In this document: positions 1-9,556 of the stretch, piece after piece
Position numbering within the stretch: position 1 is the stretch's first letter
Layout of the letters: each line of letters begins with the position of its first letter
Assembly: GCA_035516155.1 (NCBI GenBank)
Contig: DATJAP010000024.1
Span: forward strand, 30,992 to 94,991
Source of the DNA: Nitrospirota bacterium
GTDB lineage: Bacteria; Nitrospirota; UBA9217
Direction: 5' to 3'
DNA: 64,000 nucleotides
Made by a program: the position numbers and the translations under genes
The notes under the pieces: generated by a model
Seen by the model: only the letters and a program-made list of their open reading frames with translations
Database searches by the model: none
Told to the model about the DNA's origin: nothing

Positions 1-159
1 TCAAAAAAACCGTTTGCTAGGCCATGGTTGATGAATAACAGGATTTCCGTGTCAAGGACTTGAAGGGTCATGATAGCAGACAGTGCCCGATGATTGATTA
101 TGCATGCCTGGAGTCAGAGGAGAAAAAACTTTTTAAAAGGGCACGAATGCCCGGGAGAC

Positions 160-498
160 TTATTTTTTCCGGAGGCAGCATTTAATGACGTTCGTGTCGC
201 TCACCTCGATGAGGCCTTTATTGACAATCGAGGAAACATCCTCCAGAATGTCGTTGATTATTTCTTCAGAATCAACCACTTCAATTTTGACGGGCAAGGT
301 TGTCGATAGTTCCAGCATCTTTGCGGTGTGAAGCACGCCATCGCTGCCATATCCGGCAAGGCCCCGAAACACACTGGCGCCGGCAATTTTCCTTTTAAAA
401 AAAATGTCTAGAAGCACCTCATAAACCGGCTTGCCATGGAACTTTTCTGCCTCATCAATATATATTGTCAGTTTTTTTGCAGGTCCATTTTTGACCAT
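160..498 (-). CDS. DUF190 / PII-like protein (COG1993 family), usual crcB partner
   Basis: 113-aa product from MVKNGPAKKLTIYIDE...; AGGGGG SD 7 nt before ATG at 498; family habitually adjacent to crcB. Confidence 0.6.
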   Translation of the reverse strand: MVKNGPAKKLTIYIDEAEKFHGKPVYEVLLDIFFKRKIAGASVFRGLAGYGSDGVLHTAKMLELSTTLPVKIEVVDSEEIINDILEDVSSIVNKGLIEVSDTNVIKCCLRKK

Positions 499-586
499 GG
501 AAACCCCCTTTGAAATCACCGTGCAAGCGGAAACGGGATGTATTTTCCCCTCGCTCGTTCCTTCAAGCTCACCGTCCTTGCTGTTC

Positions 587-961
587 CTATATGCTTTTAG
601 CCAGCACTTCTCCCAGTTTCAGCGCGATGAAGCCGGCCGCGACGCTGAAGACAACGTTCATACCGGCGACCAGCCATTCACCGTCCCTTACCAGCGTTCC
701 TGTTTCGTACTCAAACGTGGAAAAAGTCGTATAAGCGCCGAGGAAGCCGACAACGAGGAGCAGCCTCCATTGCGGATTGGCCAGCAATCGCTCCGTAAAG
801 AGGGTCATGAGCAGGCCGATGACAAAACTGCCGGAAACATTGATGACGAAGGTTCCGAGCGGAAAGCTCCGGCCCCAGCGCTCGCCGATCCAGACCGCCA
901 TGCCATAGCGGGTAATGGATCCGACGAATCCGCCGATGCCTATGATGATAATGTTCATCAT
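587..961 (-). CDS. crcB: CrcB/Fluc fluoride ion channel
   Basis: 124 aa, four TM segments, GxxVGxxxRY-like N-terminus (IGGFVGSITRY), typical CrcB length. Confidence 0.85.
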   Translation of the reverse strand: MMNIIIIGIGGFVGSITRYGMAVWIGERWGRSFPLGTFVINVSGSFVIGLLMTLFTERLLANPQWRLLLVVGFLGAYTTFSTFEYETGTLVRDGEWLVAGMNVVFSVAAGFIALKLGEVLAKSI

Positions 962-1140
962 GAAATTTTCCAGCCTGAAAATGCAATATTCTTATCAGAA
1001 GGTGATTCGTAAGTCAATGAAAATGAAGATGAGGCCGGCATATGACGGATATCATAGAAAAATCTTTTGCAGGGGGATAAAAAAGTGTATAATAAGTAAA
1101 TCAAACGGCATGATGCCACAGCGAGAGAAGGAGAATAATC

Positions 1141-1365
1141 ATGAAGGAAAAGGTAGAAGAGGCACTCAAGAAGGTACGGCCCATGCTTCAACGCGATGGT
1201 GGCGATATCGAACTGGTAAGCGTGGATGAGAAGGGTACGGTAAAAGTTCGACTCAGAGGCGCCTGCGGGGCCTGTCCCATGTCGACCATGACGCTTAAAA
1301 TGGGCGTCGAGAAAATGCTGAAGCAGGAAGTCCCTGACGTCAAGGAAGTAGTTCAGGTAGCGTAG
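1141..1365 (+). CDS. NifU/Nfu-type Fe-S cluster assembly domain protein
   Basis: 74 aa with [11 protein letters not shown] CxxC Nfu motif; GGAGAA SD upstream. Confidence 0.75.
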   Translation: MKEKVEEALKKVRPMLQRDGGDIELVSVDEKGTVKVRLRGACGACPMSTMTLKMGVEKMLKQEVPDVKEVVQVA

Positions 1366-1614
1366 TCATTATTTCCCTGGCAGTTCCGGGAGGATCCGTG
1401 CACGGGACGTCCATCGGAGCTGTCAGGGTGTTTGACCCGATTTTCTCTGCCTTGGTCAAACGTACCATGGTTTTTTTAATCGTGCAGGATTCCCCCGAAA
1501 TTGAGCCTTCATCCTTGAATTAACCCCCCCGAGAAAAGAAAAGTGCTACGCCACATCGCATTGTTATTTAAAACAAATCAGGATGATTCTCAATTAGATA
1601 CGGCAAAAATTCGC

Positions 1615-1643
1615 TTGACACAATATCGTCATTCTGTTATAAA
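1615..1643 (+). promoter_or_regulatory. sigma70-like promoter (TTGACA-17-TATAAA) upstream of rnf operon
   Basis: consensus -35, 17-nt spacer, near-consensus -10, about 110 nt before rnfC. Confidence 0.4.
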
Positions 1644-1702
1644 CGGTGCGGCTTAGCAGATATTCTCAAACGATAATTTCCTGTAAATTCACTGTTCTTT
1701 AC

Positions 1703-1726
1703 GGTAATTATACTGGTAATTATACT
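1703..1726. repeat. perfect tandem 12-mer GGTAATTATACT x2
   Basis: exact tandem duplication read directly, 25 nt upstream of rnfC ATG. Confidence 0.6.
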
Positions 1727-1750
1727 ATTGAATAATGGCAGGTGAGACTA

Positions 1751-3085
1751 ATGGAAGCCACGACCATAAAGGCACACGACACGTTCAGCGGAGGTGTGCA
1801 TCCTGCTGACAATAAGTACCTTTCAGCACACAAACCCACCGTAGCCGCCGCAATTCCCAAAAGAGCAATCATTCCCCTGAGCCAGCACATCGGAGCACCC
1901 ACGAAACCTCTCGTCGTGATCGGGCAGGAAGTAAAAAAAGGCGAGAAAATCGGAGAAACAACGGGATTTGTTTCCGCGCCGGTACATGCTTCGGTCTCGG
2001 GCAAAGTGGTCGCGATCGCGAGCTTCCCTCATATACTGGGCGTGGATCTGCCCGCCGTTGTCATCGAGAGCGATGGCAAGGATGAGTGGGTCGCCGGTCT
2101 CAAGGAAAATCCCGATTACAGCATGCTGAGCTCCGAAGAGCTCAAGAAACTGGTACAGGATGCCGGCATCGTAGGGATGGGCGGAGCGACCTTCCCGACC
2201 CATGTCAAGCTTTCTCCTCCCAAGGAAAAGCCGATTGACGTTGTTATTCTGAACGGCGCTGAGTGCGAGCCTTATCTTACTTCCGACCACCGGCTCATGC
2301 TGGAGAAGCCGAAGGAGATTGTCGAAGGCCTCAGGATCTTGATGCGGATCCTGAATGTGAGCAAGGGGTATATCGGTATCGAAGCCAATAAACCCGATGC
2401 CATTGAGGCCATGAACAAGGCCGCAGCCGGCTCTTCCGACGTCAAGGTCTGGCCGGTCAAGGTAAAATATCCGCAGGGCGCGGAAAAGATGCTGATTAAA
2501 GCCATCGCGGGGAGGACGGTGCCTGCCGGCGGACTGCCGATGGACGTCGGGGTGGTCGTGCAGAACGTCGGTACGGCCGAGGCCATCTACAATGCTGTGC
2601 GCTACGGCAGGCCCCTTATTGAACGTTACGTGACCGTGACGGGCCGCGGCGTGAAAGAGCCGAAGAATTTTCTAGCCCGGATCGGCACGCCCTTTTCTCA
2701 GCTGATCGAGGAGGCCGGTGGTCTGACGGATGCCGCAGCCAAGGTGATCTCGGGCGGTCCGATGATGGGCATGAGCCAGTATACGCTCGATGTTCCGGTA
2801 ATCAAGGGCACCTCGGGCATTACAGTTCTCCCGAAAGAGGAAGTGAGCACCAAACCCTACGGGCCCTGCATCCGCTGCGCACGCTGCATTGATGCCTGTC
2901 CCATGAAACTTCAGCCGTCGCTCATCGGCGTCTTTATCGAAAAGGGGCACTATCAGGACGCCAAGGACTACAATCTTATGGACTGCTTTGAATGCGGTTC
3001 CTGCACCTTTGTCTGCCCGGCAAACCGCCCGATTGTGCAGTGGGTCAAAAAAGCGAAGAAGGAACTGGCAAAGAAGAAGAACTAA
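1751..3085 (+). CDS. rnfC: Rnf electron transport complex subunit C
   Basis: two 4Fe-4S motifs (CIRCARCIDACP, CFECGSCTFVCP), NADH/FMN-binding region, first gene of rnfCDGEAB; ATG 1751 with AGGTGA SD (track ORF starts at GTG 1742). Confidence 0.9.
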   Translation: MEATTIKAHDTFSGGVHPADNKYLSAHKPTVAAAIPKRAIIPLSQHIGAPTKPLVVIGQEVKKGEKIGETTGFVSAPVHASVSGKVVAIASFPHILGVDLPAVVIESDGKDEWVAGLKENPDYSMLSSEELKKLVQDAGIVGMGGATFPTHVKLSPPKEKPIDVVILNGAECEPYLTSDHRLMLEKPKEIVEGLRILMRILNVSKGYIGIEANKPDAIEAMNKAAAGSSDVKVWPVKVKYPQGAEKMLIKAIAGRTVPAGGLPMDVGVVVQNVGTAEAIYNAVRYGRPLIERYVTVTGRGVKEPKNFLARIGTPFSQLIEEAGGLTDAAAKVISGGPMMGMSQYTLDVPVIKGTSGITVLPKEEVSTKPYGPCIRCARCIDACPMKLQPSLIGVFIEKGHYQDAKDYNLMDCFECGSCTFVCPANRPIVQWVKKAKKELAKKKN

Positions 3086-3127
3086 AAGAGCAGAGAGCAC
3101 GCGTAAACGGTTAGCCGCCATGCTCCC

Positions 3128-4189
3128 ATGCGTACGTTAAGCGAGGTCAATTCGATGGATGCACCGGTAAAGGAACAGCCAAAAGAACAGCTCAAATTGA
3201 TTGTGTCGATCGGGCCCCATATGCATGATACCGAGAGCACGTCGAAAATTATGTGGACCGTAAGCGGGGCGCTCCTTCCCGCGACGCTCATGTCCGTGTA
3301 TTATTTTGGCCTGCCGGCAATCATGGTCATCCTGGTCTGCCTCGTAACTTCGCTCCTGGCTGAGGCCGGGATGCAGTGGCTCCTGAAGAAACCCGTGACA
3401 CTCTCCGACGGAAGCGCGTTCCTGACCGGACTGCTCCTTGCCCTGAACCTTCCGGCCAATGCGCCACTCTACATTCCCTTCGTCGGCTCGGTCGTGGCCA
3501 TCATAATCGCCAAACAGCTCTTCGGCGGCCTTGGCTACAACATTTTCAACCCGGCGCTCGTCGGCCGAGCCTTCGTTCTGATCAGCTTTGCAAAGATCAT
3601 GACGACCTTCGTTGCCCCGGTTTCAACATTCATGGCCCTCGATGCCAAAACTACGGCCACGCCACTGGTCCTCCTGAAAGAGGAGGGGATGGCAAAGCTC
3701 CTCGAAATTTACCACACCAAGGCCGCCCTGTATCAGGACCTCTTCCTGGGGAACCGCGCCGGATCCCTCGGCGAGACATCGGTCATCGCGATCCTGCTTG
3801 GCGCGGCATTCCTTATGATGAAACGGTATATTACGTGGCATATTCCCATTCCGTTCATCGCCACCGTGGGCATTCTCACATGGGTATTCGGCGGAAAGGA
3901 CGGTCTCATGACCGGCGATCCGATCCTTCATATGATGTCCGGTGGTCTCATGCTCGGCGCATTCTTCATGGCTACGGACTACGTTACCGGTCCCTCGGTC
4001 CGGAGCGCCCAGGTGGTCTTCGGCATATGCGCCGGCGCACTTACGGCGCTCATACGCCTGAAAGGCGGATACCCCGAAGGCGTGATGTTCGCCATCCTTC
4101 TCATGAACTGCTTCGCGCCTCTCCTTGACCGGGCAATGAGAAGCCGCGTCTTCGGCAAGGCCGCCGCGGCCCAGGGGGTGAAGAAATGA
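3128..4189 (+). CDS. rnfD: Rnf complex subunit D (NqrB-like membrane subunit)
   Basis: polytopic membrane protein with RnfD/NqrB signature; alternative start ATG 3155 has better SD. Confidence 0.9.
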   Translation: MRTLSEVNSMDAPVKEQPKEQLKLIVSIGPHMHDTESTSKIMWTVSGALLPATLMSVYYFGLPAIMVILVCLVTSLLAEAGMQWLLKKPVTLSDGSAFLTGLLLALNLPANAPLYIPFVGSVVAIIIAKQLFGGLGYNIFNPALVGRAFVLISFAKIMTTFVAPVSTFMALDAKTTATPLVLLKEEGMAKLLEIYHTKAALYQDLFLGNRAGSLGETSVIAILLGAAFLMMKRYITWHIPIPFIATVGILTWVFGGKDGLMTGDPILHMMSGGLMLGAFFMATDYVTGPSVRSAQVVFGICAGALTALIRLKGGYPEGVMFAILLMNCFAPLLDRAMRSRVFGKAAAAQGVKK

Positions 4190-4773
4190 AGGACATGCTG
4201 AAGATAACCCTGCCTCTCGTCGCGATTTTCGTCGTCGCGGGTATCATTATGGGCGTGACCTACCAGCATACCTATCCGGTCCGATTTCAGGCCGAGAAAA
4301 AGGAAAAAGAAGAAGCCCTGAAAGAGATGGCGCCTGATGCCACCGACCCCATTAATCCGGCAGGCACCTGGACCGCCAACAACAAGCCTTATGAGTATTA
4401 TCAGGCGACCTCGGCCGGCAGGCCGGTGGCCTATATTGCGAGTACTGCGGGCAAGGGTTATTCCAGCTATATCCAGATGCTCGTTTCTCTGAACACCGAT
4501 CTGAAAATCAAAGACGTCAAAATCCTGGATATGAATGAGACCCCGGGTCTGGGCGATCAGGTCCTGGAGCAAAGCTTTCTCGACCAGTTCAAGGGCAAGT
4601 CGCTTTCGCAAATCGTCCTGGTCAAAGGCGAAACCAAGGAAAACATCCAGGCTGTATCCGGCGCCACTTATTCGAGCCGCGGCGTGACGAACGGCGTCAA
4701 GGACGCCGTACAGCTGCTCGTTGATAAGTACGGAGCGGGCGTCAAGACGGCGGCGCAGGAGGTGACGAAGTGA
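4186..4773 (+). CDS. rnfG: Rnf complex subunit G (FMN-binding)
   Basis: N-terminal TM anchor, FMN_bind-type domain (SGATYSSRGV), 4-nt overlap with rnfD. Confidence 0.85.
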   Translation: MKDMLKITLPLVAIFVVAGIIMGVTYQHTYPVRFQAEKKEKEEALKEMAPDATDPINPAGTWTANNKPYEYYQATSAGRPVAYIASTAGKGYSSYIQMLVSLNTDLKIKDVKILDMNETPGLGDQVLEQSFLDQFKGKSLSQIVLVKGETKENIQAVSGATYSSRGVTNGVKDAVQLLVDKYGAGVKTAAQEVTK

Positions 4774-5399
4774 GCAATAATACCAGTTTAGGGACTCTCT
4801 TTAAAAATGGCGTCTTCGGGGAGAATCCGGTCTTCAGGCTTGCTCTGTCTCTTTGTCCGGCGGTTGCTGTTACGAGCGGTGTAAAGAACGGATTCTTGAT
4901 GGGGATCGCGGTTCTTTTCGTCATGACCATGACAAACGTGACCGTTTCCCTGCTCCGGAACTTTATCAATCCAAAGGTGCGAATTCCCTCCTACGTGTTC
5001 ATCACTGCCACCTGGGTCACCGTGATCGACCAGGTCATGTCGGCCTATCAAAGAGCGGTCTATAAGGAAATGGGCCTCTACATCATGCTCATCGTCGCAT
5101 TTGCCATTATCCTTTCGCGGGCGGAGATGTTCGCGAGCAAAAACAAGCTTCTGCCGTCTTTCGTTGATGGAGTGGGAATGGGAGTGGGCTTTACCCTTGC
5201 CCTGATGCTGCTCGGCGTGTTCAGGGAGTTCCTGGGCAAAGGATCGCTCTGGGGTGCCCATATCCTGCCTGTAAAGCCACTTCTCATCATGATTATGCCG
5301 ACGGGCGGATTCTTTGCCATGGGGCTCATGATGGGCTGGCTCAACTGGATAGATCGCAAGTTCTTCGGCGGCGCGGGAGCAAGCAGCGGAGGACATTAG
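4770..5399 (+). CDS. rnfE: Rnf complex subunit E
   Basis: RnfE/NqrD family membrane protein; GTG start overlapping rnfG stop, AGGAGG SD. Confidence 0.9.
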   Translation: MSNNTSLGTLFKNGVFGENPVFRLALSLCPAVAVTSGVKNGFLMGIAVLFVMTMTNVTVSLLRNFINPKVRIPSYVFITATWVTVIDQVMSAYQRAVYKEMGLYIMLIVAFAIILSRAEMFASKNKLLPSFVDGVGMGVGFTLALMLLGVFREFLGKGSLWGAHILPVKPLLIMIMPTGGFFAMGLMMGWLNWIDRKFFGGAGASSGGH

Positions 5400-5469
5400 G
5401 GGTCGCGAGTCTGTTGAGTGACTCGTGAGACTCAATGAACTCTTCAGACTCATTACCGGAGGTAATGCT

Positions 5470-6054
5470 ATGTGGCAGCATGTTCTGACAATCTTTATCG
5501 CATCAGCACTCATCAACAATTTCGTTTTTTCCCGCTATCTCGGCCTCTGTATTTTCTTCGGTGTTACGAAAAGAATGGAGACAGCGGTCGGAATGAGCTT
5601 CACCTTTACCGCGGTCATGCTGGTCGAGGCGGTCCTCAACTGGCTCATCTACACCTATATCATGGTTCCCTATCACCTGGGCTTCTTGAAAATTGTTATT
5701 TTCATCGGAACAGTCGCCGCTTTCGTGCAGGCGGCGGACACGATGATGAAGAAGGTTGCGCCTGCTCTGTACTATAAGCTGGGAATATATCTCGCGCTGA
5801 TCGTGACGAACTGCATCATTCTGGCCGTTCCCCTTTTGAATGCCGATAATAATTACAGTCTTTTCGAGAGCATGGCGCTTGCTGTGGGATCGGGTCTTGG
5901 GTTCAGCCTTGCGCTTATTATCATGGCGAGCATCCGGGAGAAACTGGAACTTGCCGATGTGCCCAAGTCATTCCAGGGACTTCCTATTTCATTCGTTCTG
6001 ACCGGGCTGATCGCCCTTGCATTCCTGGGTTTTTCCGGCATGATCACGCTGTAA
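5470..6054 (+). CDS. rnfA: Rnf complex subunit A
   Basis: RnfA/NqrE family six-TM protein; ATG 5470 with GGAGGT SD (track ORF extends to 5425). Confidence 0.9.
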   Translation: MWQHVLTIFIASALINNFVFSRYLGLCIFFGVTKRMETAVGMSFTFTAVMLVEAVLNWLIYTYIMVPYHLGFLKIVIFIGTVAAFVQAADTMMKKVAPALYYKLGIYLALIVTNCIILAVPLLNADNNYSLFESMALAVGSGLGFSLALIIMASIREKLELADVPKSFQGLPISFVLTGLIALAFLGFSGMITL

Positions 6055-6082
6055 GAATCTGAACGAAGAAGGTACTTAAACT

Positions 6083-7249
6083 ATGTATGAACAAATGACG
6101 AAGATCCTGTTGCAGGTACTGAACCACGCCGCGAGTATTCTCTTCAACAACATCGTCCCGCGCATCGCAGCCGAAGGTTCGATGGAGGCGACCGGAACCG
6201 TCCCGGTGACCACCGTGTATACGACGTTGATCGTGCTCGCAGGGCTTGGCGTTGTTTTCGGTGTGGCGCTGGCCATCGTTGCGTCAAGGTTCGTGGTGAA
6301 GGTTGACCCCAAAGTGGAAAAAGTACGGGAAACGCTTCCGGGAGCCAACTGCGGGGCCTGCGGGTTTGCAGGCTGTATGGGCTATGCAGAAGCCGTCGTC
6401 GGCAATCCGGATGTGGCGGTGAGCATGTGCGCTCCCGGCAAATCCGCGGTGGCTGAAAAGATCGCCGAAATCACCGGCAAGAAGGCCGAAAAAATCGAGC
6501 CCAAGATAGCCCGCGTATTTTGCCAGGGCGGCAACTCGCTCAGCCAGCGGAAGTTCATTTACACCGGCGTGCAGGACTGCACCGCGGCGGTGCTTGCCGC
6601 AGGCGGCGACAAGTCCTGCGAGTATGGATGCCTGGGTTACGGCACGTGCATGCGCGCCTGCCCCTTTGGCGCGATCACGATGAGCGCCGACAACCTGCCG
6701 CTCATCAGTCCCGAGAAATGCACGGCCTGTGGAAAGTGCGTAGCCGCCTGTCCTAAGCAGGTGATCGAACTGGCGCAGGCCTCCAAAGCGGTGGTCATTA
6801 GCTGTCACAGCAGGGACAAGGGCGTTGATGTCAAGAAAAAGTGCCAGGTCGGCTGTATCGCCTGCGGCATATGCGTAAGGACCTGCCCGGTCGATGCCAT
6901 CAAGATCGACAACAACCTCGCCCGTATCGATCACAGCAAGTGCGTCGTATGCGGACTGTGCGTCAAAAAATGTCCCACGAGCGCGATACACGATTACATT
7001 CCCGTACGGCCGAAAGCTTATATCGACCCGGCGAAATGCGTGGGCATCGACGTATGCGAGAAGGTCTGTCCCGTGAATGCGATCTCCGGAGAAATCCGAT
7101 CGCTGCATGTAGTCAATCAGGAAAAATGCATCGGCTGCCGGATGTGCGAGTCCCGGTGTCCCAAGAAAGCGATTACCATGGTGGAATCCTCTTCAGCGGC
7201 CGCGCAGGCCAAACTCGCAAAAGCAAAAGAGCCGGTCGCCGTATCATAA
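6083..7249 (+). CDS. rnfB: Rnf complex subunit B, polyferredoxin type
   Basis: N-terminal TM helix, RnfB-type CGACGFAGC cluster plus six ferredoxin-like CxxCxxCxxxCP motifs; alternative start ATG 6182. Confidence 0.85.
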   Translation: MYEQMTKILLQVLNHAASILFNNIVPRIAAEGSMEATGTVPVTTVYTTLIVLAGLGVVFGVALAIVASRFVVKVDPKVEKVRETLPGANCGACGFAGCMGYAEAVVGNPDVAVSMCAPGKSAVAEKIAEITGKKAEKIEPKIARVFCQGGNSLSQRKFIYTGVQDCTAAVLAAGGDKSCEYGCLGYGTCMRACPFGAITMSADNLPLISPEKCTACGKCVAACPKQVIELAQASKAVVISCHSRDKGVDVKKKCQVGCIACGICVRTCPVDAIKIDNNLARIDHSKCVVCGLCVKKCPTSAIHDYIPVRPKAYIDPAKCVGIDVCEKVCPVNAISGEIRSLHVVNQEKCIGCRMCESRCPKKAITMVESSSAAAQAKLAKAKEPVAVS

Positions 7250-7281
7250 ATCGTAATTGCTCGAGAACCCGCCTGTTGCAA

Positions 7282-7312
7282 GGGGGATGCGTTATTGCAT
7301 CCCCCTTTTTTT
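7282..7312 (+). terminator. rho-independent terminator after rnfB
   Basis: GGGGGATGC-gttatt-GCATCCCCC followed by TTTTTTT. Confidence 0.6.
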
Positions 7313-7540
7313 AGTCCGCCTGCGCCACGACACCGATTGATGGTGTATACTATTCCTGAGAAGCGCACAACGGAGAATTTTTCCGACCGCATGCAGTCGG
7401 TTCTATGGAACGGCGTTCGCGGTCTGTGTTCGAAAACAATCTCCTTTTTTTTGCTTGACAAAATTTCGCGCATAGGCTAAAAACAAACTCATTCTTCATT
7501 CAGCGTCATTTTTCAGCTTGTTCTGTTCTGGGAGGGTCAC

Positions 7541-7930
7541 ATGAATCCTGATGATATAAAATATCACAGAGAGCACACGTGGGTGCGGGCAGAGGGCAAA
7601 CGTGCGACCGTCGGCATCACCGACTATGCGCAGCAGCAGCTCGGTGATATCGTATACATCGACCTGCCGGAAGCGGATACTGAGATCGACGCCGACTCGG
7701 AGCTCTCCGAGATTGAGTCCACAAAAGCTACGTCACCGGTGGTCAGCCCCGTATCGGGCGCAGTCATTGAGGTGAATGAGGACCTTGCCGACTCACCGGA
7801 AATTATCAATGAGGATCCCTATGGCAACGGCTGGCTCGTGGTTGTCGACATGAGCGATCCGACGGAGCTGAACGATTTGATGAGCAAGTTGGAATACGAA
7901 AAGTTTTTGAAGGAAGAAGAGGGAAAGTAG
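7541..7930 (+). CDS. gcvH: glycine cleavage system H protein (lipoyl carrier)
   Basis: 129 aa, lipoyl-lysine motif ESTKA, GGGAGGG SD. Confidence 0.9.
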   Translation: MNPDDIKYHREHTWVRAEGKRATVGITDYAQQQLGDIVYIDLPEADTEIDADSELSEIESTKATSPVVSPVSGAVIEVNEDLADSPEIINEDPYGNGWLVVVDMSDPTELNDLMSKLEYEKFLKEEEGK

Positions 7931-7972
7931 GATTACGGCGCGAGCGCTTCCGTAATTGTACAAAGACCGAAA

Positions 7973-7998
7973 GGGAGAGTATATACTCTCCCTTTTTT
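7973..7998 (+). terminator. rho-independent terminator after gcvH
   Basis: palindrome GGGAGAGTATATACTCTCCC followed by TTTTTT; second hairpin at 7931-7957. Confidence 0.55.
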
Positions 7999-8155
7999 CT
8001 TGAGGGAAAACAGGTTTTCATGCCAGGGGCGCAGAAAAATTCCATACAGCATCATAGGCCATGAGTTGCTGTCTTGTTTTTTTGTTCAAAGATTTTCCTT
8101 CGTGATCTGTGGTACAATGCAATATTAATCCGGTTTGTTGATTAAGGAGCAAGTC

Positions 8156-9556
8156 ATGTCCGTAAAATTGACGATCATCGGCGCAGGACCAGGGGGGTAC
8201 GTCGCGGCGATCCGCGCAGCGCAAATGGGCGCGCAGGTTACCGTGGTGGAGGCCGCGGAAGTGGGGGGCACCTGTCTGAACTGGGGTTGTATCCCGACCA
8301 AGACCATCATCACCTCTGCCGAGGCACTCGAGCATGTTCGCCGCGCTGCTGAATTCGGAATCGAAGTGGCCGGCGAGGTCGGCTATAACCTCGGGAAAAT
8401 CCGGGAGCGCAAGGACAAGGTCGTTTCCATACAGGTGAAGGGGATACGGGGACTGTTTAAAAGCTGGGGTGTCAGCCTGATCGAAGGCCGCGGCTCACTG
8501 CTCTCTCCCGATGTGGTACGGGTTGTCCAGAGCGACGGGACGACCATGGATGTAAAGTCGGACAAAGTCATTATCGCCACTGGTTCCCGTCCCGCAAGGC
8601 TCCGGGGCTTCCCCTTTGATGGTGAGAACGTCATCACGAGCGATGACGCGGTTCTGCTCAAGCGCATTCCCAAAAGCCTGCTCATTGTGGGAGCAGGAGT
8701 GATTGGTTCGGAATTCGCCTTCATCTACCGGTCCTTCGGCGCGGAAGTGACTATGGTGGAGATGCTTCCACGCGCCCTCTCGACGGAAGACGAGGACATG
8801 TCCGACATCATCGAGCGTGAGTTCAAAAAGTCTAAGATCAAACTGATCGCAAATACAGGCGTTGAAAAGGTGGAGAAGGCGGATGATGGGATGTTGACGG
8901 CGACCCTCTCGAACGGACAAGAGGCCAAGGCGGAGATGATCCTGGTATCCATCGGCCGCAGCCTGAACTCGGAAAATCTGGGACTCGACGCCATTCGCGT
9001 GGCCATGGGCAAGCGAGGGGAGATCCTCGTGAACGAGAGGATGGAGACGAACGTGCCGGGCATTTATGCCATTGGCGATGTGACCGGCAAAATTCTGCTC
9101 GCTCATGTTGCCTCCGCTCAAGGCCTGAAGGCCGCTGCGAATGCGCTCGGCGGAAGCGAAAAAATGGATTACGGTGCGGTACCCGCGGGCATCTTCACCA
9201 TGCCGGAAATCGGCAGCGTGGGCCTCCGGGAGCAGGAGGCAAAAGAAAAGGGAATCAAGTACCGGGTTGGAAGAATCCCCTACCGGGGCCTCGGCAAACC
9301 TCATGCCATGGGTGAAATCACCGGCGTGGTGAAGATCATTGCCGATGAGGCAACGGACAAAGTGCTGGGAGTGCACCTGTGCGGCGCCCATGCCACGGAC
9401 CTCGTCCATGAGGGAGCCCTCGCGATCACGATGGGCGCAACCGCGAAGCAGCTCGGCAACATGATCCATGCCCATCCCACCCTTGCCGAGGGCATTATGG
9501 AAGCAGCTGAGGACGTCCACAAAATGGCGATTCATTTGCAGCGAACGGACAAATGA
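8156..9556 (+). CDS. lpd: dihydrolipoyl dehydrogenase
   Basis: GGTCLNWGCIPTK redox disulfide, FAD/NAD Rossmann folds, HAHPTLAE dimerisation motif; AAGGAG SD before ATG 8156. Confidence 0.9.
   Translation: MSVKLTIIGAGPGGYVAAIRAAQMGAQVTVVEAAEVGGTCLNWGCIPTKTIITSAEALEHVRRAAEFGIEVAGEVGYNLGKIRERKDKVVSIQVKGIRGLFKSWGVSLIEGRGSLLSPDVVRVVQSDGTTMDVKSDKVIIATGSRPARLRGFPFDGENVITSDDAVLLKRIPKSLLIVGAGVIGSEFAFIYRSFGAEVTMVEMLPRALSTEDEDMSDIIEREFKKSKIKLIANTGVEKVEKADDGMLTATLSNGQEAKAEMILVSIGRSLNSENLGLDAIRVAMGKRGEILVNERMETNVPGIYAIGDVTGKILLAHVASAQGLKAAANALGGSEKMDYGAVPAGIFTMPEIGSVGLREQEAKEKGIKYRVGRIPYRGLGKPHAMGEITGVVKIIADEATDKVLGVHLCGAHATDLVHEGALAITMGATAKQLGNMIHAHPTLAEGIMEAAEDVHKMAIHLQRTDK

Noticed and set aside
962-1140. 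Possible fluoride riboswitch upstream of crcB (minus strand)
   Set aside because: The reverse complement of this interval shows neither the GGCGAUGG...CUAAUGA...CCUAC core nor a compatible pseudoknot.
3376-4128. 250-codon Arg-rich + frame ORF inside rnfD
   Set aside because: Alternate frame of a well-supported membrane-protein gene; its composition (R/P/H-rich) is typical of an out-of-frame GC-rich translation.
6284-7108. 274-codon antisense ORF within rnfB
   Set aside because: Antisense to the Cys-rich ferredoxin repeats; no RBS, and low-complexity Ala/Gly/Arg content.
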